The notes beneath the pieces are model-generated. The model was given only the letters and a program-made list of their open reading frames with translations. It ran no database searches and had not been told where the DNA came from. This document shows positions 26,133-37,904 of a stretch of 64,000 nucleotides of DNA, piece after piece. Every line of letters begins with the position of its first letter. The stretch's first letter is position 1. This DNA is from Cladosporium halotolerans (lineage: Eukaryota), in NCBI RefSeq assembly GCF_011745625.1, contig NW_027191455.1, positions 1-64,000 of the forward strand, in the 5' to 3' direction. Both the position numbers and the translations under genes were made by a program.

Positions 26133-27467
26133 ACTCGCGACGAATCGTAGTAGTCCAAGGGTTGGTAGCCAGGCAAATCCACAGAGTGTCCGCAGAATCC
26201 AGCGATATCGTCCAAGGCCCAACGAAGCAATCCGTCTTCTTCACTCCAGCTTTAACCCACCTTCGCGCCGCACGGCACAGCACAGGTATATCAACACCAC
26301 AAGTCCGGCGACTTCCAAAGCGGCGAGCCCAACCCAGCCCTAATAGCGCAAGGCAGCCGCGAACGCGCCGAGCAAGCAACCAGTCCGAAGAAAGTCACCG
26401 CCGCCTCAAAACGGGCACCAGTGAATCACACCGAAACCAGCTAATAAGCACCAAGAGAAGAAAAGGTGACATCAACCTACCACGCGCGGGCAGAACCCTG
26501 CATATTTAACGTCTTGTGCCTACCATCCGCAGAACCCAAGCCAACGGGCGCGCCGCCGCAAAACGGCCGCGTCGTACCCCCAATCGCAGCATCATTGGCC
26601 CGAGCCCGGCGGTGCCCAGCAAAGCTTGCCGCGCCGGAAGGGCCTTCGTCCCAGCATCCGAGGAGGCGCGCGGCAGTCGGCGGGCGAGGGATGGGAAAGG
26701 CGCGTTTTGTTGTTTTTCGGGTTGTTATCTCCGCATTGTTTAGCAATGGCGTGGGTGGGCCCGCTCCGCAATTTCGCGTGCTACCCCGCGCGGACCACGG
26801 GGTGCGTCGCGTGGAGAGTCAGATGATGGGTGGATTGGAACTGGGTTCATAATGGGTTGTGTTTGTAGTCATGTTTTCTCATCATTATGTTACGGGAGCC
26901 TGAACTTTGATGATCTTTCTGCTTGTGTCTACCGATTGCTTTGCTCTCGGGGGGATGCTGTCCTTCGCTCCTGCTGGTAAAGGACAGTGCTTTCTTCGTG
27001 CAAACGATAATAATAATGATAGCAATAGCAAACACCATTATTGCAGGGCCTGTCCGCGCCTCGGCCGTCTACCATTGTGTACTAAACTGCGGCGCGAGTC
27101 AGTCGGACAGCTCGTCAGAGGTAAAGCGAAGCTCGAGCGACTAGGCGGACTCACCCCGGAACGTCTAGCCCGGTTTGGGCATCCATTGTAGATACCTGCA
27201 GGCGATCGCGCGTGCGGCTTACAAATGCGCACACCGCGCTGCGGCGAGGTCCTACGGTGTCTAAAATGGCAGAGTCGGTGACGGAGCGCTCAGTCGTGCC
27301 GGCTCCGCTTCCGGTAGGGTGGTAGCGAGTGTATGGATGTAGTCCGGAGGGTTTCTTGTGTGTTGACTTCTCTCCCTGCCGCGCGCGTGTGAAATTGCTA
27401 AGGCGATGGTGCAAATGTCTCCGGCCTTTGGTTTTGTCTTCATGATCGCGTTCGACTGTTTCGTCCC

Positions 27468-29158
27468 TCAAGTGTACTGTCCTTGGCGGTCGGCTTGTAC
27501 CTTTTCATCAAGATGGCCTTGGTGGTGCTGGTTCTGGTACTCCATGTCACCACGACGGCCAACACGCTCGAGCCAGCGTTCTGCAGACTCAAGAGTGGCC
27601 TTGACGACGTGACTGACTTGGCTCATCATGTCCAAGCCTTCAGTCGCGAAAGCGATCATGCGGTGGGCACCGCGGCTAGTCTCACTCTCGCCCGTCTGGT
27701 TCGCAGAAACCAGACGCCAGCGTTGGGGAAGAGACATGAGCTGGTTGGTGACGAAGTGGCGGGCATTCTCGGGCAGAGCACCCCCAGCGGAGCTTGAGAC
27801 GTAGTTCGTGACATGCTTGAGAGTGGTCCAGATGTCATCGGAGTGCTTCTTGATGATGTCAGCAAGGCGACGGGCAGCTTCGTCGTGGTCGGGAGTCTTG
27901 GGTCGCTGGCCAGCCTCCAGTGACTTTTCGTTCTGCTTGTGCCATGAGTCACGTGCTTCATCATATTGCTCGAGGACCATCTTGAGCGCATCGCTGACAG
28001 TGGCAATGTGAACCGTGGCTTGGCCGAGGGCTTGAAGACAGTACTGCAAGCTGCGTCTAGACGTGACGCTGAGAGCCACACCCAAGCCAGATGTCATAAC
28101 GAACATTTGGCCGGCGACTTGTGAAGACCAGCTGCGGTTGTGTGGTGGTCGCTCCTGTGACCGGTCCATCGCTGCTGGGCTGTATTCCTCGCGGTAAGAG
28201 GGTGGCTTGCTGGCCCTATAAGGCGGTAGGTTGTCGACCGAATCTCGTCTGACCCCATCTGGAGAGTCAATGTCCATGCGATCTTCGTCGCCTTTTTCGA
28301 CGTCGTGCGGCCTGCGTTCGTCGAGGTATCGTCGAAGTCCACTCTCAACGCCGGTGTATCTACCGACTGAGCCCACTGTGTTGACCATTGGAGTTGCGAT
28401 ATTCCTCTCAACAAGGTTCGCACCATACTGGACGAAGCGTGGAGAATAATGCTTCGTAGTGTTGTAGACAAACATCGAGCTGTTGATGGAGGCATTCATA
28501 GTGCCGCCAACCCAAGGATGCTTGCTGGCAAAAAGCTGCAGTAAAGGCTCGTTCTCCATCTCGGCATCCCGAGACGAAGTGCTTATCAGGGTGTTGCTTT
28601 GGGGCGACATCGTCTGCCTTGGCATATTGGTCGGCGAGCGAACGAAGTCTGCTTGAAGTCAGCAATCCACCACACCTCACTTATCAGACGACACCAGCTC
28701 ATCTCACCTGGATTGCCCAATCCAGATAGCGCTTCAGCAGCCAGACGAACGTCAGGATCCTCCATCGAAATGACGCTCTTTGCCCTCCTCCCTCTCTCGT
28801 CTTCACCTCTCATACTGCCCGCCTCCGACGGGCTGGCCATTGCCGCGTCTATGCTCGTCCGTGTCCCATTCGCAAACCCAGCATTGTTACCAATATCAAT
28901 CGGAGGTAAGCTCCTAGCGGAGACTGGAGAACCTCGTGCAGCGAATGCCTCGGCAGAAGCATTTGCGTGAGCTTCGAATTGCGGCGATAGCACGGTGCGC
29001 AGGTCCGGCAGCGTGATGTCGTTCCCGGGCTTATGACTCCCCAGCTCGTGCCTGGGCACCTGCGGGAAGCTCAGTTCGGAGGGGTCGTGAGTTGCATGAT
29101 GATGTTGTTGTTGTTGTTGCTGGCCGGAGTCGCGCAGTCGCTGCTCGAGTCCTTCCAT
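27468..29158 (-). CDS. OPI1: Opi1-family transcriptional repressor (ccg-8-like)
   Basis: SMEDPDVRLAAEALSGL, SRRSLQYCL, AGGALPENARHFV..LMSLPQRW, FATEGLDMM. Intron 28649-28707. Confidence 0.85.
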
Positions 29159-31572
29159 TAGCGGCTATGACGCCTGCCTACGGCGGGCGGCGGGCAGGGT
29201 GGTTTAGAAGAGGCCGTCGATGCGGATGCTGATGTGGGCGTCGAGCGGGTGGCAGAGCATGGAGGGAGAGGCGGCGGTGGGCTGGGTGGGTGCTCTTATC
29301 TCGCGTCGCGGGCAGACGAGACGACGGGCGGCGGCAGCTGTGTGCAGATGGGAGCGGTGGTGCGCCGCGCGGGACGAGGCACACGATTGTCACGCTGAGG
29401 AGTCGGGCTGTCGAGGCGCTGTCACATGCTTCGGCTGTGACCTCAGGCCGGGACGCTAGCGGCGCAGCGACGCCCTGTGATTCGCCTGCGGCCGCCTTCA
29501 CGTGCGAAATCCACCCAGTGCCGGGGCCGTGGTTTCGACCGGTCTCTCTATTTTGCCATGTGTCTGCCTGCTCCGTGCCAACACTGACCTCTTTTTCTCG
29601 ATGGGACGATTTTTTTCAGGTGCCGCTCGGTAAAGCATTGCAATGCTGCTGCATGTTCGGGCAGGCCAATCGTCGCTAATCCCGTGATGTGCGCTTACTC
29701 CACGATACGCCCGTGCGGTCGTGCGTCTGGTCGACGTTCCTACTGGATCGCTTGGGGAAGCTTGCAGGAAGCCAATGCAGAAAGCCGGTATGGGGTTATC
29801 GCGGATATGAGCTCGTCGGGCAGAACAGCATTCTTTGTACGCCCAACTCCGACATGTGAAGGTACTGCGCGGGTGAGACCTTGTGAAATGTTCGCAATCT
29901 GATGAGTCGAGCGTGGGTAATGCGCGCACATGTTGGTACCGTGGCCCAATGGCGAGTCATCGGGCTGTCATCTTGGAAAATGTATCTTTCAGAAATCACA
30001 TGTGTGGGGTGTGACGACTTTGCCAACAGCACGGGATGAGCGTATCACCACGCAATGTCTGTTGATAATTGGTGGTGCGTCCTCGAGCAGTAATCCTGCG
30101 ACGCAGTAACCCCCGTGCTTTGAAGTGCTTCATCCCGCGCAGACTGCGTTTCATGACGACTGGGCTATCTCACTGCCTATGGTGGTGCTTCCCTCACGAA
30201 TTGGAGCAGAAGTCGCGTGCTGTCTATTGATGAAACGCTTCGAATTACAGAGACCAGCTCTCGAGACGACAGCATGATATCGCTGTCGGTCGTGGTGCTC
30301 TTGTGGAACATGCCATGGATGATATATGCTTGCCATTGAGGTTCCACCGTACTGAAATTCCGCTGCTAATTCAACTCGAGACATCTTCGAATGGGTGAAC
30401 TTTTCTGTGCGGATGCCAAAAATGATTACAGGTCGGGATGGAGCAATATGGTGTGGAAGATAGTTGTTGAGAATGTGGTAGCTAGGGTTAGGGTTGGGGC
30501 AAGCTTTTCAACCTTGAGGGACAGCACTCTCAAGCCGCCAACTGGTAGCCACCGCTGTACGTCAACGCCTGATTATTAGTTTTCGGTTTATGTTTCCGGT
30601 AGGTGAAATAACGAAGGTCTTATTTTAACCAAAGGCATGGCAGGGAGCCGATACGCCTTCGAAAAGATGAGTTTGAGCGACGGGACAGTCACGGTGAGGA
30701 CGACTTGAAACTGTGAAGTACCTCTCACCGACAGCCTAGAGAAGGCAACAGCAGCCAACACGATCAAAACTCCGCATCCGATTATTCTCCATTGACAACG
30801 GTTGTGAGCTTCGTCGTCGCACGCCCTTTGGTCGTCGTCGGAAGGCATTCTAAGTTATTTTGTAGGTTTCTAGCCCGGATCTTGGATTGACCAAACCAAG
30901 AGCGGACCTCGCCATTCTGTTCGATGACAAACGTGCGTCGAGTCACGACCATAGCATCCCATTTTGCTGAAGCGTACGTGCAACATTGGAGCAGTACAGA
31001 CCAGGCGAAGGATAAGAGCCTTGCATAGCAGAATTAACAGGTATCATGGCCCGAGGCGGCAACGACACAAAGCGTTGCTGTGGGAAGCCGTCGAGATTGC
31101 AGTGGAAATGCCAGAGATGTCCGCGGGTCCACAAGCAGAATCGAGCCAGCGCACTGCTGTCAAAGTTTGTTGCAGGCGATTGGCGTGAATAGGGACGTGA
31201 ACCAATTGCTCAGGATATTCGCATCTTCCAGCGCGAACCGCTTGGTATACCGGAGAAGTGCCGGAACGCGATGAAGGATTCGGGACCCTGAGACCGATCT
31301 CGAACAGCCAAATTGAGGGCGCTATGCGCCGAGTCAGGGCTGGATATTTGTTTGACCAGGCTGCGATTATGGCCACGTAAAGTACTCTGTGCGAGTCGTG
31401 GTTGTCCGCCGCCGCGGCCGCCGCCTCGAACAACCACAAACGTTCAAAGCGCCTCTGGACTCAAGATCAACCGTTGGAGCGGCATACTCGCGGTAGCAAT
31501 GCTGTTCGCTCAGCTAGGCGTAGAAACCATACGAGGTCTGCCCTCGTGGCGCAGTGGCATCCCCTTTTGCTG

Positions 31573-32180
31573 CTATTGATATCTTTCTTCATAGTTCTCG
31601 TAGTCCTGCTCCCAGCAATGACGATTGTAGCTCGTAATCCACATGCCGAGCTCCTCTATCTTGTACAGGATGGCTTGGGGCTCCTTCTTTCCATCGAGCG
31701 CTTTACAGATGATCACCTTACCTTGCTTCTCAAATATCTCCCTCTTCAGGACAACAAAATATCTCTTGTTAATAGCCTTCGGCGGTTTGGGAATCCCACG
31801 AACCCACACGCTGGCATCAGCTAGGGTTTGTCCTAGGAAAGGAGACTGCCATGCGGTATCGGCCACCTTGGTGCCCTGTATGCACTTTGCTCCTTGAAAG
31901 TCAGGCAGGCGCTCATACGTGTCTGCTAGCCAGAGATCAGACGAGCCACGCGTAGCCTTGAGGATATCGCTAAGCATCTTATTGATACCCTGAAGAGACT
32001 CTTAGCTTATACATACAAATCTATCATGGGATCCTTAGTTACCTCAATTGGCATATCATCGATCGCAATAAGCGCCACTTTGTCACTCTCATCCTCCCCA
32101 GGGTACTGCACCTTGCCCTGGTAGTTGTATTTGCGAAAAAACTTGCGCCATTTTTTGTAAAACTCGTCCTCGGTGAGCAT
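31573..32180 (-). CDS. Hypothetical protein (184 aa)
   Basis: Exon 1, 32180-32043 (MLTEDEFYKKWRKFFRK...DDMPIE), joins through a phase-0 intron 31990-32042 (GTAACT...CTAAG...CAG) to ORF 31573-31989. No family recognised. Confidence 0.6.
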
Positions 32181-33167
32181 GGCTGAGATACTGTGTAGAG
32201 GTGTGGTCGGAAGGCAAAGTGGTGAAGTCGATTGCAGCCAGCCTTCGAATCAGGCAAGGCTGACTCGGCCGTCGCAGTGGCGGTGGGGCCGTGGCTATTC
32301 GGGGCAAGGACCCAACGAGGCTGACGAAGTAGAACGCTCGCAGTCTGAGAGCCAATGACAACCACCAGATGGATACTCAAAACATAAAGGAGGCTTCTAG
32401 CGCTTGCTGCGCCTGTTGGGCGTCGCACCATTTATATGCACGCTTCCTTCGCGCAACAGTATCTACGCACAGCGCTCACGGAGGATTCGACATACTCTAC
32501 ACCGACCCAATGTTTCGCGGCCTTCTTGAAGAAGCAAGGCGCCGAGTTCAGGAGAGCCTGCAATCCAGGCTGTTACGCAAAACATAAGCGCGCGACACAT
32601 CGTCGAGCCAGGATCGGAGTCTAGCATTGAGAATAACGGATCAGTAGTCGACAAAGGAGGGGAGTCAGGATCAGAAAGCGAGAACTAGGCGATGGGAATG
32701 GAGGATTAGAAGAGGTAAGCCGGCCAGATGCTGTTGTTGCCATCCCCAACCCACGTTCTGGTTTGTCAGACCACGCCTTTGCGTACTATTCTGATCAGGT
32801 GACGTTGCACTACAATTACGCTCCTGGGTCTGTAACCTGGAAGTACGAATTTATTGTTTGTTTGATATTCTGGCTTGATGCTAACCGCGAGCTACTAGTC
32901 GAGAAGATAGTATATAGATATGTTTCACAGTCTACCGCAAGACAGGGACCTAGTACCTCGCTTTCGTATCCTTTGTTTGCCGTATCACATGAATCCAGAC
33001 TTGACCTGAGCTCGATAAGAGCAGGTTCCTACCTTCGACGTTTGCAATTCCCGAACTTGAGTAGTCCAGACTCAAGGGGAGTTAATCAAGAGCCAGTCAG
33101 CCACAGCATACAGACAACAACACGTTGGGATCCTGTAACGATGAACGACGGTGAGATTAGGGGGTTT

Positions 33168-33208
33168 CGAACGGGATGCCCAATTTTCACTGACCTATGG
33201 TCGTATGT
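33168..33208 (-). pseudogene. 5S rRNA gene remnant (5' ~41 nt recognisable)
   Basis: Minus strand reads ACATACGACCATAGGTCAGTGAAAATTGGGCATCCCGTTCG, matching the Pezizomycotina 5S 5' end. A TATA-like AATATAT lies about 30 nt upstream. The conserved downstream internal control region is not recognisable. Confidence 0.75.
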
Positions 33209-34139
33209 ACTACGGAGCGCGGACAAAAGGTTGATATATTCTGATTGAAGACTCCTGAATCGGCCTGTACCTGGAGACATGGCTGCAGTGGTCTGGGGAT
33301 ACGAATTGAGGTCACACGAGGTCCGTGCCAACCGATGTTGGTTGAACATCTGAAGCGGTGGGATGCAGCTGCCCATGGGCATGCACCAGGAACCGCAGCG
33401 ACCTCCCAGGGGATTACGCCCGTAAGACATCGTTCCAAGGATGGCAAATGGTCTGCCGACAAGACTGGGCGCATGTAACGAGTTGTGTGACGAACGCCAT
33501 GCCGCAAAGAATAAGTGCTCGCGCGCCCAAGTCGCGATCCAGATCGTCTATAGCCCTCGCTCCCCTACCGAGATCCGAGCATTGACAGCAAAGCCTACCA
33601 ACGTACTGGCAGCCTCGTTCGCTAGTGCCTGAAGACAGCAGGGCTTGCGTCGATGAGCATCCTGCCGTGCGCTCCCAACAACATCGTCCCTCGGCCCAGC
33701 ACCGCGCCGAGCCGGGCTGGCAGGCAGTCCGTTGGCGTGCGGCGGCCAATGGTCGCGCCGGTGAAATTGTTTCGCGCGCATCAAATCTCCGCGCCGAGGG
33801 TCCAGCAGCAGAAAGTCCGGCGGGTGAGCGTAAGAGGCCCCCTTTCACTCCACACCCGCGCGACGTGCAATTGTTGTATTTCCCCACGTGTCCTCGCACT
33901 CCTTTTCACCCAGTCGCATCCCTCACTCCCTCCACCCTCGCTCCTTCGCCCGGACAGACGAGCCTTGACGCGCACACGGTCGAGGCAGTGCAAATTGGTG
34001 ACAGGCCGCTGCACGCGACACCACCCCATCCGCCGCTTCCGCCCGCTCGGACCTTGAGATAAACACACTCGTCATTTTCACTCTCTCCGGACGACATCCA
34101 GACACCATCACTGGGAAACACATCAACACGACCGCCGTC

Positions 34140-35248
34140 ATGTCCGCTCCTTCATGGCTCGAGGTCGGGGTTCCCACCCTCGACCGTCCCTTCGGTGTCG
34201 CTCTCTGGCCCATCTTCTCCGCCGCGTGGGAGAAGATGTTTGGCTACCCGGCCGAGAAGTTCCGTTTCGTCCCCGGCGAGTCGCTCATGTCGACGCACAA
34301 AGAGACTGTCTTCGCGCTCATTGCGTACTACACTATCATTCTGGGTGGTCGCGAGCTCATGAGGAGCCGCCCGGCCTTCAAGCTGAACGGCCCTTTCAAG
34401 GTCCACAACCTGTACCTCACCATCATCAGTGGTGGTCTTCTGGCTCTCTTCATTGAGCAGCTTCTGCCCACCCTGGTCAGGAACGGCGTCTTCTACGCGA
34501 TTTGCGACCTGAACGGTGGCTGGACTGACCAGCTCGTTCTGCTTTACTACGTGAGTTTCGAGGCTATTGAGGCAGCAGCATTGAAACATCGCAGAAACTA
34601 ACATTGCTTCTCCAGCTCAACTACCTCACCAAGTACCTCGAGCTGATCGACACCGTCTTCCTCGTCCTCAAGAAGAAGCCGCTCACCTTCCTGCACACCT
34701 ACCACCACGGCGCCACTGCCCTGCTCTGCTACACTCAGCTGCTCGGCAACACCGCCGTCTCCTGGGTCGTCATCACGCTCAACCTGACCGTCCACGTCGT
34801 CATGTACTGGTACTACTTCCAGTCCGCGCGCGGCATCAAGATCTGGTGGAAGAAGTACATCACGATTCTGCAGATCACGCAATTCGTCATCGACCTGGGC
34901 TTCGTCTACTTTGCCTCCTACACCTACTTCTCCGCCAGCTACTTCCCCTGGCTGCCGACGGCCGGCATCTGCGCGGGCGAGGAGTTCGCCGCCTTCGCCG
35001 GCATGGGCATTCTGTCCTCGTACCTCGTGCTCTTCATCGGATTCTACATCTCCACCTACAAGAAGCCCGTCAAGAAGGGCCGCGGCCGCGCCACCTCCGC
35101 CCTCGTCGAGATGAAGGACGAGCAGCTGCCAACCGCCAAGCAGGTCCAGAGGCGCCTGAGCGGCGGCCAGGCCACCCTCGCCACCGGCAAGGAGAACGGC
35201 GCCCCCGCGTCCGCCAACGGCCGCGCCACTCGCTCGCGCAAGGCTTAG
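34140..35248 (+). CDS. GNS1/SUR4 (ELO) very-long-chain fatty acid elongase
   Basis: [27 protein letters not shown] (HxxHH), [16 protein letters not shown]. Intron 34551-34615. Confidence 0.95.
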
Positions 35249-36428
35249 ATGGCTCGCGAATGTTCGGAGCTGCCTCGTGGAGAAGTGATTTTCGGACCGA
35301 GGCTGGGCGTTGTGGTGGATGAGGTGGACCTGCGCGTGTTGGAGCAGTCGGCCAGGGAGCGACAGCTCGCGGCGGCAAGGCGCGTGTCGGGTTGATGGGA
35401 TGCAAAGAGGATAGGAGAGGAGGGTGCTCTCTGATCAACGAACAGGAGCCGGGGTGAGGGAAGGTCGGGCAGAGCAGTCAGCGTTTCTACTGCTCTCGCG
35501 CTCGACCAGCGTGTACGCATTACAACGGCGCAGCATTGATATTTCACCGCCATTGCAATGAACAAAAAAGCGGCAGAGCAATCGTTTGCTCTCTGCGACG
35601 AGACGGAGTTTCTGGGAAGGGAAAGGGAAAAAGCAACCTCAAAGAGCCGCTCCGATGGGGATTCGGGGTGGCGGGGATGCTCGGGGCGCAGGTGTCTCTT
35701 CTTGTACGATACATTGTATTTTGGCCCCCGGACAGGAGAAATAAAACATATATAATACAAATCAAAGACGATACATAATGCAATATTCCGGTCTCGATTT
35801 ACTACTGGCGCTCGGTTCTTCCGAGAGTGAGGTCAGTCGGGTGAAGGCGAGAGACGCGGTGCTGCTGGGTTATTGGTACTCGAGAGAGTGCAACGTGAGG
35901 ATACATTCGAATACGTGTGATGAGACGGTCGAAGCTCAAATCAGGACGACACGGGCGAACACCCCTGCGCGACCTCCTAGTTATGACCCTCTTGGGCGAG
36001 GGATTTTTGCGAACGCAAGAAGCCGAGAGATATATCGTGCATTCAGCGCTGAGCAGAACGCGAGCGAGCGATGCATTCTGCAATTTGCATCGAGCAGTCC
36101 GGACGAATTCGCCAGCGCCACAGTGTCTCGTCGTCGCGTACAGACATTCGACTCGGCCAGTCAATCCATGGAACCAGACATCGAGCGTTAACCCTTTTGT
36201 CCAGTACAGAGAGACGCATTCGTAGCACAACGGGTTGAACTTTTGAAGACTTTGGTACAGTGCGTACAACCCTGCAGATCGAACAATCTCCTCTTTCCCT
36301 TCTCCCAATAAACCAGCCGAGTCCAATCTTATCTTTTTCGTCACCTCCTGTCGCACGGGAACGCCAGAACTCCTCGCTAAATGCAAATCGGCAGTGGTCT
36401 TTCACATTGCGCTTTCGGTGTCTGTCTC

Positions 36429-36763
36429 TTAAGAGGCGCCGAGGGGCTTGCCGTCCTCTGTGGGCGTAGGGTCAGCGTACTGTTCGCAAAGAAGCAATTC
36501 GAACAGAGAGAGGACTTACTCTTCTGCTGGGTCAGGAGCAGGTTGTAGCGCTTCTTGAGGAGGACGCGGTGCCTGTTGGGAGAACCGTTAGACTTGCGCT
36601 CTTTTTCGAGAGGGTGATTGAGACTGCAGGGGACATACCTGGAGTACTTGTCGTCGGGCGAGAAGCGCGCAGGGTGGGCGGACTTGGTGACCTCGCCGTG
36701 GTTGACCTTCTTGAGGGTGTAGATGCGCTCGCCGGAGGGCGACAGGGTGTACATGAGATGCAT
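36429..36763 (-). CDS. NOP10: H/ACA snoRNP subunit Nop10
   Basis: [42 protein letters not shown]. Introns 36573-36638 and 36458-36519. Confidence 0.95.
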
Positions 36764-36965
36764 GGCGGGCGGTGGTGTGTGAATGTACTTCGTTCGGTGA
36801 GGGGTTTCGAGTATTCGTCTGTCGCTGGTCTTCGAGGTCGGCTGGCTTTTGCGATTCTCTGCTTCACGTGAAAGCTTGGAGCAGTGGAAGGCAGAAAATG
36901 CGGCGAGCTTGCCCGGAGGTGCCAAGATTTGGCTGCCCTTGCGCGCTCCAAGGAATGGGCTTGCT

Positions 36966-36977
36966 TTAGGGTTAGGG
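36966..36977 (+). promoter_or_regulatory. Telomere-like (TTAGGG)2 box in the divergent NOP10/LCL2 promoter
   Basis: TTAGGGTTAGGG(TT) within a ~310 bp bidirectional intergenic region. Confidence 0.4.
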
Positions 36978-37074
36978 TTGCGATTGGGCCAGCTGGACTA
37001 CATCACTGGCAGCATTGTTGCGACAGCAGTCCACATACACCAACTTTCCACTCGGACGTTGAAGCATAGCAATC

Positions 37075-37490
37075 ATGCTGCTCCAATCTCTGCTGAGCGC
37101 CCTCATGCTCTTGATTCTCCCCGCCTCCGCGCAATTCCAGTTCTTCGAGCAGATGTTCAACCAAGGCGGACAGCAGCAACAACGACCTCAGAACGCCGGC
37201 TCAGACTCTGCCTGGTACCAGCAACGTTACGAAGACGGTATGCCAGTGCTAATTTCAGAGTACCTGAATACAGGTTGCTAACATTTCGACCTACAGCCCA
37301 CTGCGACAAATACCTCTGCCCGCATACGCTCAGCTGCGTCCATTTCCCGCACCACTGCCCCTGCGCGTTCCCTGAGGTTGAGGACAAAGTCGAGTTTGGC
37401 GATGGAAGCATGGCTTGTGTGAGCAAGGGGGGTTACAAAGCGGGAGAAGCTGCGAGGAAGGTCGAGCTGGCTAGGAAGGGATTGTTGTAG
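37075..37490 (+). CDS. LCL2: Long chronological lifespan protein 2
   Basis: Signal peptide, [45 protein letters not shown]. Intron 37238-37296. Confidence 0.9.
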
Positions 37491-37904
37491 GAAAGCGAAG
37501 GGGGACGATTGATATGATATGATACGATATGAATCGAAGTGCTCTCTCAATATTAAGAACGCTGCTGATTGCGGTGTGACAGATCGATTGAGGAGTATCG
37601 TGAGGTGAACCACTCGCACGAGAAATGTCCAGTCCGCGCGAGACGATATGACAGGAATCTGAGACGGAGCAGGCGTGAAATGCAACAACGTGTAATAATA
37701 CAGTATCGTAGCTCCATATGCGCATCCCCGCATTGCAAGCAATCTAAAATCCTTGCTTTCAGTGTAATCAGGCTCAACCCATCCCGGGGAGCATCCCAAA
37801 CAAAATCTCCAAAAAGCACCCAAAACTCCGCGCTCATTCATTCATTTCCAGTTCGTCAACCGCGTCCCAAACGCCTTTAATGCAGATTTCCAATCATATG
37901 AAGC

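Noticed and set aside
26133..26222. N-terminal extension of the ABC ORF (MGLGRYRW...)
   Set aside because: It begins at a non-ATG codon. The first ATG in good context is 26132.
26718..26733. CGG-N10-CCG as a drug-response element for the ABC transporter
   Set aside because: It is a single site in a very CGG-rich promoter and cannot be distinguished from background.
30588..30848. 86-aa ORF with one hydrophobic stretch
   Set aside because: No homology cue or codon bias; likely spurious.
29200..33167. Intact Starship adjacent to the broken 5S
   Set aside because: No DUF3435 tyrosine-recombinase-like ORF and no second 5S half. The core gene OPI1 lies only 4 kb away.
32763..33248. 161-aa plus-strand ORF
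   Set aside because: Non-ATG start, overlaps the 5S remnant, and no recognisable family or coherent splice model.
35917..36052. Possible box C/D snoRNA (GTGATGA ... CTGA)
   Set aside because: No terminal stem and only a ~7-nt fortuitous match to rRNA. Not supportable without snoscan.
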